The notes under the pieces: model-generated
The model's input: the letters and a program-made list of their open reading frames with translations, nothing else
The model's database searches: none
What the model was told of the DNA's origin: nothing
Shown: positions 25,944-33,758 of the stretch, piece by piece
Numbering within the stretch: position 1 is the stretch's first letter
Layout: the number at the start of each line of letters is the position of its first letter
NCBI GenBank assembly: GCA_001781995.1
Contig: MFNH01000063.1
Location: 1-49,455 of the forward strand
Source of the DNA: Candidatus Levybacteria bacterium RBG_16_35_11
GTDB taxonomy: Bacteria > Patescibacteriota > Microgenomatia > Levybacterales > UBA12049
Length of the DNA stretch: 49,455 bases
Direction: 5' to 3'
Position numbers and translations under genes: made by a program

Positions 25944-26012
25944 CTATGGTGCTATTTCCTGCCAGGTAGTTACTATAGCGAACAAGTGTTGGAAGATTAA
26001 ATCGCATTAGAA
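25944..26012 (-). pseudogene. frameshifted relic of the 3' end of a paralog of the 26624-27724 gene
   Basis: The minus strand reads F.NLPTLVRYSNY, then a 2-nt deletion, then WQEIAP-stop. The intact gene ends ..FLLNLPTLMRYSNYTWQEIAP-stop. Most differences are synonymous third-position changes. Confidence 0.65.
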
Positions 26013-26014
26013 AT

Positions 26015-26299
26015 TTATTTCGTACATTTGAGCTCCTGGTTTATTCTTTCACTTATAAAAATTTTCATTAAAGACTGATATGGAACATCCCTTTTATTTG
26101 CAAGTTCTTTAATACGTGCTAGCAAATAAGACGGTAAACGTAACGAAATAGACTCCGTAGACGGTTTAAGGTCTGATAAATCTAATTTTACTGGCTTACT
26201 ATAATCAAAATACTTTGATGTATCCGCCTTAGCCCAAAAATCCCTTTCCTCGTCTTCGTTTTTAAATTTAGGAATTTGCTTAAGTTTTTTCATATTCAC
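26015..26299 (-). CDS. brnA: BrnA-type antitoxin (CopG/RHH C-terminus)
   Basis: IPKFKNEDEERDFW...ISLRLPSYLLARIKELANKRDVPYQSLMKIFI. Paralogous to 46449-46709. Confidence 0.8.
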   Translation of the reverse strand: MNMKKLKQIPKFKNEDEERDFWAKADTSKYFDYSKPVKLDLSDLKPSTESISLRLPSYLLARIKELANKRDVPYQSLMKIFISERINQELKCTK

Positions 26300-26573
26300 C
26301 TCTTTCCTTTTTATGCATATCTCTTGCTGAAATTACTCTGATTTTTTGATTTCTTAAGGTAAAAACGATTATTAATCTTCTATTTCTATTTGTGATTCCA
26401 TAGGCTAAGAATCTTTTTTCCAGTAAAGAATGCTTAGCATCTTCAAATATTTTTAAAGGTCTGTTGCCGAAAACTTCTTCGCATTCCGTATTAAAAACCT
26501 TATGTTTCATGAGGTTTTTATTTATATTACCTTTATCCCAATCAAACCCGGCTGGCCTAGGAAATTTAATCAC
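26280..26573 (-). CDS. brnT: BrnT-type toxin (DUF497 ribonuclease)
   Basis: GFDWDKGN...RVISARDM.KKER.YE. I chose the GTG at 26573 because TTGACA-17-TATACT ends 6 nt upstream of it. The track's TTG start lies inside the promoter spacer. Confidence 0.75.
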   Translation of the reverse strand: MIKFPRPAGFDWDKGNINKNLMKHKVFNTECEEVFGNRPLKIFEDAKHSLLEKRFLAYGITNRNRRLIIVFTLRNQKIRVISARDMHKKERGEYEKT

Positions 26574-26579
26574 AAATGT

Positions 26580-26608
26580 AGTATATTGCAAAAATATACA
26601 TTTGTCAA
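26580..26608 (-). promoter_or_regulatory. brnTA promoter TTGACA-17-TATACT, 6 nt to GTG 26573
   Basis: Read directly. Confidence 0.55.
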
Positions 26609-26623
26609 ATGACTGAAGAAGGT

Positions 26624-27724
26624 TTAAGGGGCAATCTCCTGCCAGGTGTAGTTGCTATAACGCATTAACGTAGGAAGATTTAAGAGAAAATCAGGTCTTG
26701 CGGAAACAAAGAAAACAGGACATATTAAATTTCCATCGCATAAATCCCTGTTGTTTACAAGTGAACCAGATGAACCGCCGGCTCCGGTTACAACATTTCC
26801 GGCTAAATTCAGCCTTAAATCAGAACCATGGGCAGAGCAATCATGATATCCATCGATTATAAAGTCATTATCTGCCGAATACATTCCTTCAAGATTGGTA
26901 TTTGTAGATGTAATATCACTTTCGCCAATGCTCTTATCAACTGTAATATCCCCTTTTACGACAAAAACTGCAGTAGAACCCGGATTAACCTTAATTTCAG
27001 TTGATATTAAAAGGTCTCCATCTACCAAAATAACAAAATTCTGGTTTTGCGAAAATGTAACTTCCCCTCCTGTTAATTTTAAATTACCACTTGCATTATA
27101 CAGACCATGTGTAAACGTACCATTTGTTATTGCCACTGCCAAATCGCAATTTCCAAGATCGGAACAAATTGTTTCAAGAGCAATCGGAGTTAATCCTCCT
27201 TGACGTGCTTTTGAATAAATATAGCTGTAAGAAGTTTTTCTGCTTAATTGAGTATTAAGTGGCGCAGGAAAGCTTCCACCCACTACCCAGCCAAAATTAT
27301 CCGGTGGAGATTGTCTTGAAGCCAACCCCGCTCCAAAATCATAATCGTTGTTTCCTGTAAATACTATTCCCGGAGTACCACTCTCTTCGCCTTGTAAGGA
27401 GGTATATGAATTATAATAACCGTTAGGAATGTTAGGGTTGGTATTGCAATATTGTGCTGGTGAGTCCGAAGGACTTCCCGGAAGAGGATTTGTAAAGGTA
27501 CCCCCAGAAACAAATGATCCGTCTCCTTCTACTCGTACATCCGAATCTTTTGTTTGCACCCAAGGTTGTGAATTGTTTATTCCAAAGTTCACTTCCACAT
27601 CGGCGCTGACAACATTCAGGTTATAAAAAAGCGCAAGAAATAAAAATAAAATTATTAAAATTCTGGAAAATGCTAATATTAACTTTTTCTTAAATATTTT
27701 CATAATTTTATTCATTGCAAACAT
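26624..27724 (-). CDS. secreted protein of unknown family (beta-helix-like C-terminal half)
   Basis: 366 aa. Signal peptide/anchor (..LALFYNLNVVSA/DV). Last gene of a three-gene overlapping operon. ATG 27703 is an alternative start. Confidence 0.6.
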   Translation of the reverse strand: MFAMNKIMKIFKKKLILAFSRILIILFLFLALFYNLNVVSADVEVNFGINNSQPWVQTKDSDVRVEGDGSFVSGGTFTNPLPGSPSDSPAQYCNTNPNIPNGYYNSYTSLQGEESGTPGIVFTGNNDYDFGAGLASRQSPPDNFGWVVGGSFPAPLNTQLSRKTSYSYIYSKARQGGLTPIALETICSDLGNCDLAVAITNGTFTHGLYNASGNLKLTGGEVTFSQNQNFVILVDGDLLISTEIKVNPGSTAVFVVKGDITVDKSIGESDITSTNTNLEGMYSADNDFIIDGYHDCSAHGSDLRLNLAGNVVTGAGGSSGSLVNNRDLCDGNLICPVFFVSARPDFLLNLPTLMRYSNYTWQEIAP

Positions 27725-29432
27725 AGGCCGATGCTCCTGTCATGCCTGAGATATTTTGCCTTGTTGCGTCCGAGCCATTCCAGCCTGTTGTAAAATACCC
27801 CGTCGGCAAGCTCTGAATTATAACAGTTTCGCATGAATTCCCACTTGAACAACTGTAAGAATATATTTTGCATCCCGATGAAGGATCTGTAGCCCAATTG
27901 GAATCGGCAGGATCAAATACGTGTGCAACACCGCAGAAATTAATTGTAACCGGAATATCAAGGCACTTTTCGGGAATTGTCGCGTTTTTATTGAAAGTCT
28001 GATTTGAGTTGTAATCATAAAACACAAATCCACTTGCATTATAAGAAACTGTTGTTGGAGTTGGGGTAGCAGCGGCTATAATTCCAAAATTAATATCGGA
28101 GAGGTTGCTAGCAACGTTTAATGTCCTTTGGGTAATTCCGTCTGATGACTCATAGCCATTTGGGACATTAAGGGTTACCGTCCAGCTTCCGGCAGTTGCT
28201 GTAAAAATGTACAAACCGGTTGCTCCTGTTGGAGGGTTGTTTGTCGGATTTCCCCCTGCTTTCTGATAGATAATGATTGCCCCCTGAAAACCGCCCTCTC
28301 CCGCTTCTTTCACACCGTCTCTGTCTGAATCAATATAAACATATCCTGAAACAGTATAGTTAGGAATACCTGTTGGTGTCGGTGTTGGAATTCCTGTGGG
28401 AGTTGGGGTTGGAGTTCTTGTCGGAGTTGGAGTTGGAGTCGATGCGATATCACAGGCATTATTACAGCTGGTTTGGTTGGTATATGAACCACTGGCATTT
28501 ACAGAACAATTGCCTGTGCTTGTATTGCAGGAGTAGTGAATATCGCAGGCGTTATTACAGGTTGTCTGGTTAGTGTAACCCGTATCGTAGGAAACCGCAG
28601 AACAATTACCGGTGCCGTTATTACATTCATAATAAGTTGTCGATGTAATGTCACAGTTATTATTACAGGTTGTTTGATTTGTATATGAGCCATTGGAATC
28701 AACTACGCAGTTACCGGTGCCGGTATTGCAGGAGTAGTGAATATCGCAGGCGTTATTACAGGTTGTCTGGTTGGTATATGAACCATTGGAATCCGAGTAA
28801 CAATTACCGGTGCCTGTATTGCAGGAATAATGATTTACTGTGGTTGTGGTTGTTGAAGGAGGCTGTGTGGTGGTAGTTGTGGTGGCGGTAGTTGTAGTGG
28901 TTGTGGTATCACAACGGGGATCTGGACAATTATAGACCTCTCCACCATAACAACCGGATCTATTGCACTGACTATTTGGTTCGTACCATGATACCCAACA
29001 ACCTATTTGAGTAGTACTGCATCTTCCAGGACAAAATGTATCGTTTGCTGAACATATGCATGTTCCGGCAGTACTACCGCTATATGAACACTGATATTCA
29101 TCTGCTGGTTGACATGTTCCACAATTTAAATTGTTAGTTCCACCACAAGCTGACCATGTCCCGCAAGACCTCCCGTAATAGGAGCAACTCATAGGGCAGG
29201 CCGTGGTCGTTGTCCCCCCGCCACAAGTATAACTATCAAGACAAGTTGGGCTTGTGTAACATATACCACCATAACACCCGGTATACCAACTACAACCAAG
29301 CTCCGAGCAAGAGTATCCTTGATTTAAATTACATTCATACCAACATGTGGCTGCTAAAGCAGGTTTAGGCTTGCTTAAAAATAAGCTTAATGCTATAAAT
29401 AAAAACAACCCTAATATAATTATTTTTCTCAT
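27708..29432 (-). CDS. secreted cysteine-rich modular protein (N-terminal Cys-rich region, four tandem 4-Cys modules, PT linker, SdrD B-like domains)
   Basis: 574 aa. Sec signal ..KPALA/AT. Repeats HYSCNTGTGNC...SYTNQTTCNNACDI x4. SGYVYIDSDRDGVKE. Confidence 0.7.
   Translation of the reverse strand: MRKIIILGLFLFIALSLFLSKPKPALAATCWYECNLNQGYSCSELGCSWYTGCYGGICYTSPTCLDSYTCGGGTTTTACPMSCSYYGRSCGTWSACGGTNNLNCGTCQPADEYQCSYSGSTAGTCICSANDTFCPGRCSTTQIGCWVSWYEPNSQCNRSGCYGGEVYNCPDPRCDTTTTTTTATTTTTTQPPSTTTTTVNHYSCNTGTGNCYSDSNGSYTNQTTCNNACDIHYSCNTGTGNCVVDSNGSYTNQTTCNNNCDITSTTYYECNNGTGNCSAVSYDTGYTNQTTCNNACDIHYSCNTSTGNCSVNASGSYTNQTSCNNACDIASTPTPTPTRTPTPTPTGIPTPTPTGIPNYTVSGYVYIDSDRDGVKEAGEGGFQGAIIIYQKAGGNPTNNPPTGATGLYIFTATAGSWTVTLNVPNGYESSDGITQRTLNVASNLSDINFGIIAAATPTPTTVSYNASGFVFYDYNSNQTFNKNATIPEKCLDIPVTINFCGVAHVFDPADSNWATDPSSGCKIYSYSCSSGNSCETVIIQSLPTGYFTTGWNGSDATRQNISGMTGASAYVCNE
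28446..28832 (-). repeat. four tandem ~93-105-nt coding repeats (4-Cys modules)
   Basis: attgcaggagtagtgaatatcgcaggcgttattacaggttgtctggtt recurs about 204 nt apart. Peptide repeats HYSCNTGTGNC..SYTNQTTCNNACDI. Confidence 0.85.
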
Positions 29433-30238
29433 AGCGCAAGCTCTTTATCTATTTGTTCTTTACCTCCAAAACGCCTCAATATTATGCTGTCTGCATAGAT
29501 AAGCCCATTTTTGTCCCTGGTTATATTTGCATTTTTGATTTCACCATTATCCCCTATTAATACTGCATGTAGGCCTGCATATATTATATCTCCTTGTTTT
29601 ACTATTTTTTCTATTTTTTGCAAATCCGACTTCGATCCTGTAAAATCGAAAATTTTTTCATATGCTTTATTTCTAACATTAATGAAGTCAAGATTATCTA
29701 CCAAAAAAATAACTGTTGATGTATCTGGCGAATGGACCTCAGCAGAAAGTCTAACTTTTATCTGCCCTTTTTTAATTGGATCTTCTAAAACCATATAATA
29801 GTCATCGCTGGAAGGTATTTTTTCAAAACTTTTAAATGTTCCTATTGCTGCCGTTTGGTAATTTAGGTAGCCAAATTGATCAGGGAATCCTTTATTTTTT
29901 GCCCTTTCTTTTGAAGCTAAGATAGTTCGGCCGGTAGTATCATTTTTGTCTCCTTGCCAGATTATCTTATATCCTGCTATTTCTGCTTTTGCTTCAAGAA
30001 CCGGGGTTATTTTTTGGCTTCCAGGAAGAATTTCCGACGGACTTTTGGTGGTAATTGTTTGAACCTGCCGTTGTATCTGCTGATGAGGTAAATTAAATGG
30101 AAGTTTTACTATGTTAAAGTAGTTTAGAATTAATATAATTACTGTTACAAAGATTATACCGATCAATATACCTCCGAAACCAAACTCGGCTTGTTTAACA
30201 GGACTTTCAGGAGTGCTTATCGCTTGCTCCTCGGGCAT
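29429..30238 (-). CDS. membrane-tethered protein, unknown family (paralog 1 of 3)
   Basis: 269 aa. One TM helix followed by a Q-rich stretch (HQQIQRQVQ). Shares AGYKI..NDTTGR, VDNLD, GDII and RRFGG.E motifs with 32940-33692. Confidence 0.6.
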   Translation of the reverse strand: MPEEQAISTPESPVKQAEFGFGGILIGIIFVTVIILILNYFNIVKLPFNLPHQQIQRQVQTITTKSPSEILPGSQKITPVLEAKAEIAGYKIIWQGDKNDTTGRTILASKERAKNKGFPDQFGYLNYQTAAIGTFKSFEKIPSSDDYYMVLEDPIKKGQIKVRLSAEVHSPDTSTVIFLVDNLDFINVRNKAYEKIFDFTGSKSDLQKIEKIVKQGDIIYAGLHAVLIGDNGEIKNANITRDKNGLIYADSIILRRFGGKEQIDKELAL

Positions 30239-30244
30239 ATATTC

Positions 30245-30273
30245 AGAATAGAAGATTTAAAAAGTTATGTCAA
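30245..30273 (-). promoter_or_regulatory. promoter TTGACA-17-TATTCT, 6 nt to ATG 30238 (three-gene surface operon)
   Basis: Read directly. Confidence 0.6.
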
Positions 30274-30298
30274 GCAAAGAACATGAAGGTTAATAAAT

Positions 30299-31483
30299 TT
30301 ATTCAAAAAGCTTTTCGTACTTTGCTTTATCTGCCTCGTTGAAAACGGAAAATAATACCCTGCCCGCATATTGAACACCCCTCTCGTCTACGACAACATC
30401 CCACTTAATACTACCGGGATCCTGAAGACTACCACCTTTACCAAATGCAACAAAACTTATATACAATATATCTCCGGGTTGAATTATATCTCCTATTTTA
30501 TGAGAGGCCAAAAAGTGGTTCCAGGTACGGTTTTTTCCGACTACTACTTGCGGATCAATGCCTAAATCAAAATAGAAAGTGGAGGGGTAGTCTAGTGTTT
30601 TTTCGTTACCCAAAGTCATCCTTACATACATCTCGCTTCCTGTGAGCGGATTTTGTCCTCTCATATAGAAATCCTCCGAGTCTGGAATAAGAATTACATC
30701 CAAAAATTCCATTACTGCCCTTTGTGGATAGTCTCCCCATGCACTTTCCGGATTACCTCCAAAAAAATTAAATTCTTGTCCGTGCATTGTTTTAAATTTC
30801 CAAAGTTTATCTGTTACGACTGCATTCATTTTGTCTCCTTCATTTGCCTTGCCTACGTAAAGAATTTTATTTTGGGGATTTTTGCTTTGAAATAATTTCT
30901 GCAGATCTGCCGGTATTTCTCCAACCGGTTTCGTTAAAATTTTACCTATCTCAATTTTTCCGGTTACATCTGCTAGCGTTCTTTCTTTGGAAACAAGATT
31001 GGCATCTATTCCCGTTTTTTGCTCGGTTGTCGTAGTTGTAACCTCAGTGGTGGTTGTAGTAGCTTCAGTTGTGGTGGTTGTTTCCCCAGCTGTTGTAGTA
31101 GTAGGCAAGGTTGTTGTAGATTCGGTAGTTATGGGTTGGGTGATTCCTGTAGTTGATACAGAGGGGACAGTTGTAGTTTCATTTTTTCCGCATCCAGCAA
31201 GAACAAGACCGCCTAGCGTACCGGCAACAATCAGAGGCGCTAACGTTTTAAAAACCTTGCTTTGTCCTGCTTCTTTAAGGCCGGAAACAAAACTGCCAAT
31301 TCCCCTTAAAATAGAAAACCCCTCAAGCTCTTCCGAAGAAAAAACTTCTTGCCCGGGAAGTGCTTTTTGGAATTCTATATAGCTTTGATAGTCTATTCCA
31401 TCTTTTCCTCTACTAAAAGCATCAGGAGTCGGGTTTGGTAACGCGCCTCTCCCTATAAGAATGGTTTCTTTTCTCATAGACAT
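30299..31483 (-). CDS. membrane-tethered/lipobox protein with Thr-rich stalk (distant paralog 2 of 3)
   Basis: 394 aa. ~85-aa N-terminal region, TM helix ending in LAGC (lipobox-like), T/E-rich linker. The C-terminal domain shares DFYM, PGDILY and D.RG..YAG features with the neighbours. Confidence 0.55.
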   Translation of the reverse strand: MSMRKETILIGRGALPNPTPDAFSRGKDGIDYQSYIEFQKALPGQEVFSSEELEGFSILRGIGSFVSGLKEAGQSKVFKTLAPLIVAGTLGGLVLAGCGKNETTTVPSVSTTGITQPITTESTTTLPTTTTAGETTTTTEATTTTTEVTTTTTEQKTGIDANLVSKERTLADVTGKIEIGKILTKPVGEIPADLQKLFQSKNPQNKILYVGKANEGDKMNAVVTDKLWKFKTMHGQEFNFFGGNPESAWGDYPQRAVMEFLDVILIPDSEDFYMRGQNPLTGSEMYVRMTLGNEKTLDYPSTFYFDLGIDPQVVVGKNRTWNHFLASHKIGDIIQPGDILYISFVAFGKGGSLQDPGSIKWDVVVDERGVQYAGRVLFSVFNEADKAKYEKLFE

Positions 31484-31490
31484 ATCCTAG

Positions 31491-31519
31491 AGTATACGAC
31501 ATGGGTCGCCAGTTGTCAA
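31491..31519 (-). promoter_or_regulatory. promoter TTGACA-17-TATACT, 7 nt to ATG 31483
   Basis: Read directly. Confidence 0.6.
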
Positions 31520-31538
31520 TATTTGAGGCTATAAGCGT

Positions 31539-32891
31539 TTATAAAGCATCGACAACTTCATCTATGGCTGCCCCTTGTCCCAAACCTCGATTGTAAGTTA
31601 TTCCTGTTGAATCCGGATTATTTGGATCTGAAACTTCTAGCTTTATTGCTTGATTTAAAACATCTTTTATTTCATTTACTCTGATTACCCCATTTGTAGC
31701 ATGATTTTGCATAATTTCAGTCATGAATGCAAGTGCTCTTCCTTCGTATTGTCCTACTGTTTCATTACCTTCTTTTGGTAATAATTGAAACGTTAATAAT
31801 TTATCTATTCCGCCAGTATCTGAGGAATAATTGAAGAAAAGAGTTGTCGAGAAAATTCTAGGATCCATTTGCATTGCGACGGCAAGTTTTTTATTTATAT
31901 ATGTTGCACTTCCTTTTGGATTCTCCCAAGAAAATGAAGTTTCATTTGAGCTATGTACCAAATAAAAATCGATTTCCCGGCTGGCATTAACAGGATGGTA
32001 AGCATCAATTTTTTCAACATCAACTACATTGGGAGGAAGAGTGGGTTTTAAAAATTCAGGGATGTTTTGCAGATTATATTGCTCAATATTAAGTAATCCC
32101 GCACCTGTTTTTTGCTGTCTTTCGTAAGTTTTTAAATTCCAAAGCATTTGCGCAACTTCACCTCTTGTTGCCGACTCAAAAGGATTCCAAAATCGGTTGT
32201 AGGCAATTAAGTTTATTAATAATCCATTATAATCGGCTACCCTCAAAGGACCACCATGAGTCTCTCCGGCATCGACCATGGTTTGATATCCTTCGGGTGG
32301 AGTAGCCAAGCGTCCGGGCTGAAGGTTTTGGGCAGCTCTTATCATCATGGTATCAACTTGCGCCCTGGTAATATTATCCAAAGGTGCAAATTTTTTCGGG
32401 CTTTTTCCTAAAGTAATTCCGTATTTGGCAACTACTGCAACGTAATTATCGGGATAAAAGTCATTCGGGCCGCCATTCATGACATCATCGAATGGACAAA
32501 TATCTTGCTCTGAAACCGGTAAGTCAATTGCTCCAACGATTATTTTGGCAAATTGCTGCCTGGTTATTAGTTTGTCCGGACCAAAAGTCCCATCATTAAA
32601 TCCGCTAATTATTCCCTCCTGAGCCATACCGTTTATTGCTTCGTAATATGGGTGAGTTACTGGAACATCTGAAAAACCTATGAATTCTGCTTTTGTTAAT
32701 TTAGCTTTTTGTTCTTGGGTTGTTGAAGTTGACTCTGCTAACGCAGTAGCTGCCCTACCCAGAGGAGTAGCAAGCGCCAAGCCCCCAAATGCAATTCCTG
32801 ATATCTTTAGAAAATCTCTCCTTGAAAAAGACCTTCCGTTAACAAAGTTTTCTTGTTGACCGGTATTTTTTGGCTCTCGATCTTTTCTCAT
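31539..32891 (-). CDS. S-layer homology (SLH) domain protein with twin-arginine signal
   Basis: 450 aa. SRRDFLK...ATALA signal. Probably three SLH-like repeats (FSDVP..HPYYEAINGMAQEGIISGF.DGTFGPD..ITRQQFA; FDDV...; ..ATRGEVAQML). C-terminal ~190 aa unknown. Confidence 0.65.
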   Translation of the reverse strand: MRKDREPKNTGQQENFVNGRSFSRRDFLKISGIAFGGLALATPLGRAATALAESTSTTQEQKAKLTKAEFIGFSDVPVTHPYYEAINGMAQEGIISGFNDGTFGPDKLITRQQFAKIIVGAIDLPVSEQDICPFDDVMNGGPNDFYPDNYVAVVAKYGITLGKSPKKFAPLDNITRAQVDTMMIRAAQNLQPGRLATPPEGYQTMVDAGETHGGPLRVADYNGLLINLIAYNRFWNPFESATRGEVAQMLWNLKTYERQQKTGAGLLNIEQYNLQNIPEFLKPTLPPNVVDVEKIDAYHPVNASREIDFYLVHSSNETSFSWENPKGSATYINKKLAVAMQMDPRIFSTTLFFNYSSDTGGIDKLLTFQLLPKEGNETVGQYEGRALAFMTEIMQNHATNGVIRVNEIKDVLNQAIKLEVSDPNNPDSTGITYNRGLGQGAAIDEVVDAL

Positions 32892-32899
32892 TATCCTGG

Positions 32900-32929
32900 A
32901 GTATAATATGATACCTAGACTATTGTCAA
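32900..32929 (-). promoter_or_regulatory. promoter TTGACA-18-TATACT, 8 nt to ATG 32891 (SLH gene)
   Basis: Read directly. Confidence 0.6.
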
Positions 32930-32939
32930 GGCCGTGAAA

Positions 32940-33692
32940 CTATTTAAGTTCCTTCTTCAACTCTTCTAGTCCCCCGAAGCGTCTTACTACGATTGAGAAA
33001 GCATAGGGAGTGTGGTTTTCATCTGTCAAAATCAAGCGCTTGCTTGCTTTTGCGTCCTTTTCGTTAAGGGGAATTGTAAAAACCTGAATTATATCCCCCG
33101 GTTTAATAATTTTATCCAAGGTTTTTTTATCTATACTTACTAAAGGATTAAATTGAGACGAAGGGTTAACTTGTTTGTTTTTATAACCATAGTCAAGATT
33201 GTCAACTAGAAGAAGGGTTGGTTTTATTGTAGCTGAATATGTTCCGATTTTGGCTGTACTTGTTGAAATTCTTGCTTCAAGTTTTTTGTCCTCAGTTGAT
33301 TTTGAAATGGGGTTACTTAGAATAATATAGAAATCATTTGATCCATCTATTTGTTTCCATTCTTTAAAAACGCCAAATCCGGTTGGAAAATCGGTCAAGT
33401 TTAAGGTAGAGTTTGTTTCAACCTTCCACCAGAAGTTTTCCGGGAACAATTCCTCCGATCTCTTCCCTTCCGCAATAATTCCTCTTCCTGTTGTATCGTT
33501 TGAAATACTGCTGTAGGCAATTTTGTAACCTGCCTTAGAGGCTTTCTCAGATAAGGATTGGCTCACTAATTGTCCCTGTGGTTTTGGAAAAAGTGAACCT
33601 GTTCGTGAATATTGGTAAACCAAAATAGCCAAGACAACTAATCCAATTACCCAAAAAATCCGTTTTGCAGAAAACCTTGAACTTACTGGCAT
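32940..33692 (-). CDS. membrane-tethered protein, unknown family (paralog 3 of 3)
   Basis: I chose the start at 33692 (MPVSSRFSAKR..) because TTGACA-18-TATGCT ends 7 nt upstream. The track start at 33722 lies in the promoter spacer, next to the -35 box. Confidence 0.6.
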   Translation of the reverse strand: MPVSSRFSAKRIFWVIGLVVLAILVYQYSRTGSLFPKPQGQLVSQSLSEKASKAGYKIAYSSISNDTTGRGIIAEGKRSEELFPENFWWKVETNSTLNLTDFPTGFGVFKEWKQIDGSNDFYIILSNPISKSTEDKKLEARISTSTAKIGTYSATIKPTLLLVDNLDYGYKNKQVNPSSQFNPLVSIDKKTLDKIIKPGDIIQVFTIPLNEKDAKASKRLILTDENHTPYAFSIVVRRFGGLEELKKELK

Positions 33693-33699
33693 CAAACAT

Positions 33700-33729
33700 A
33701 GCATAAAAGAAGAAGTATGCATTTGTCAA
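33700..33729 (-). promoter_or_regulatory. promoter TTGACA-18-TATGCT, 7 nt to ATG 33692
   Basis: Read directly. Confidence 0.55.
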
Positions 33730-33758
33730 GAAAAAAGAAAAGTTGAAGATCCGAATAA

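Noticed and set aside
25944-26700. The relic and intact 3'-end pair could be a diversity-generating retroelement TR/VR pair.
   Set aside because: No reverse transcriptase is in the window. Only about half of the mismatches are at adenines of one copy. Most mismatches are synonymous third-position changes, and one copy carries a frameshift. This is the pattern of a decayed paralog, not A-directed mutagenesis.
29429-30238. GDII...GDNG in the paralog family resembles signal peptidase I boxes C and E.
   Set aside because: There is no SM.PT serine box and no box D lysine. The two strings are only 12 residues apart at the C-terminus. Order and spacing do not fit SPase I.
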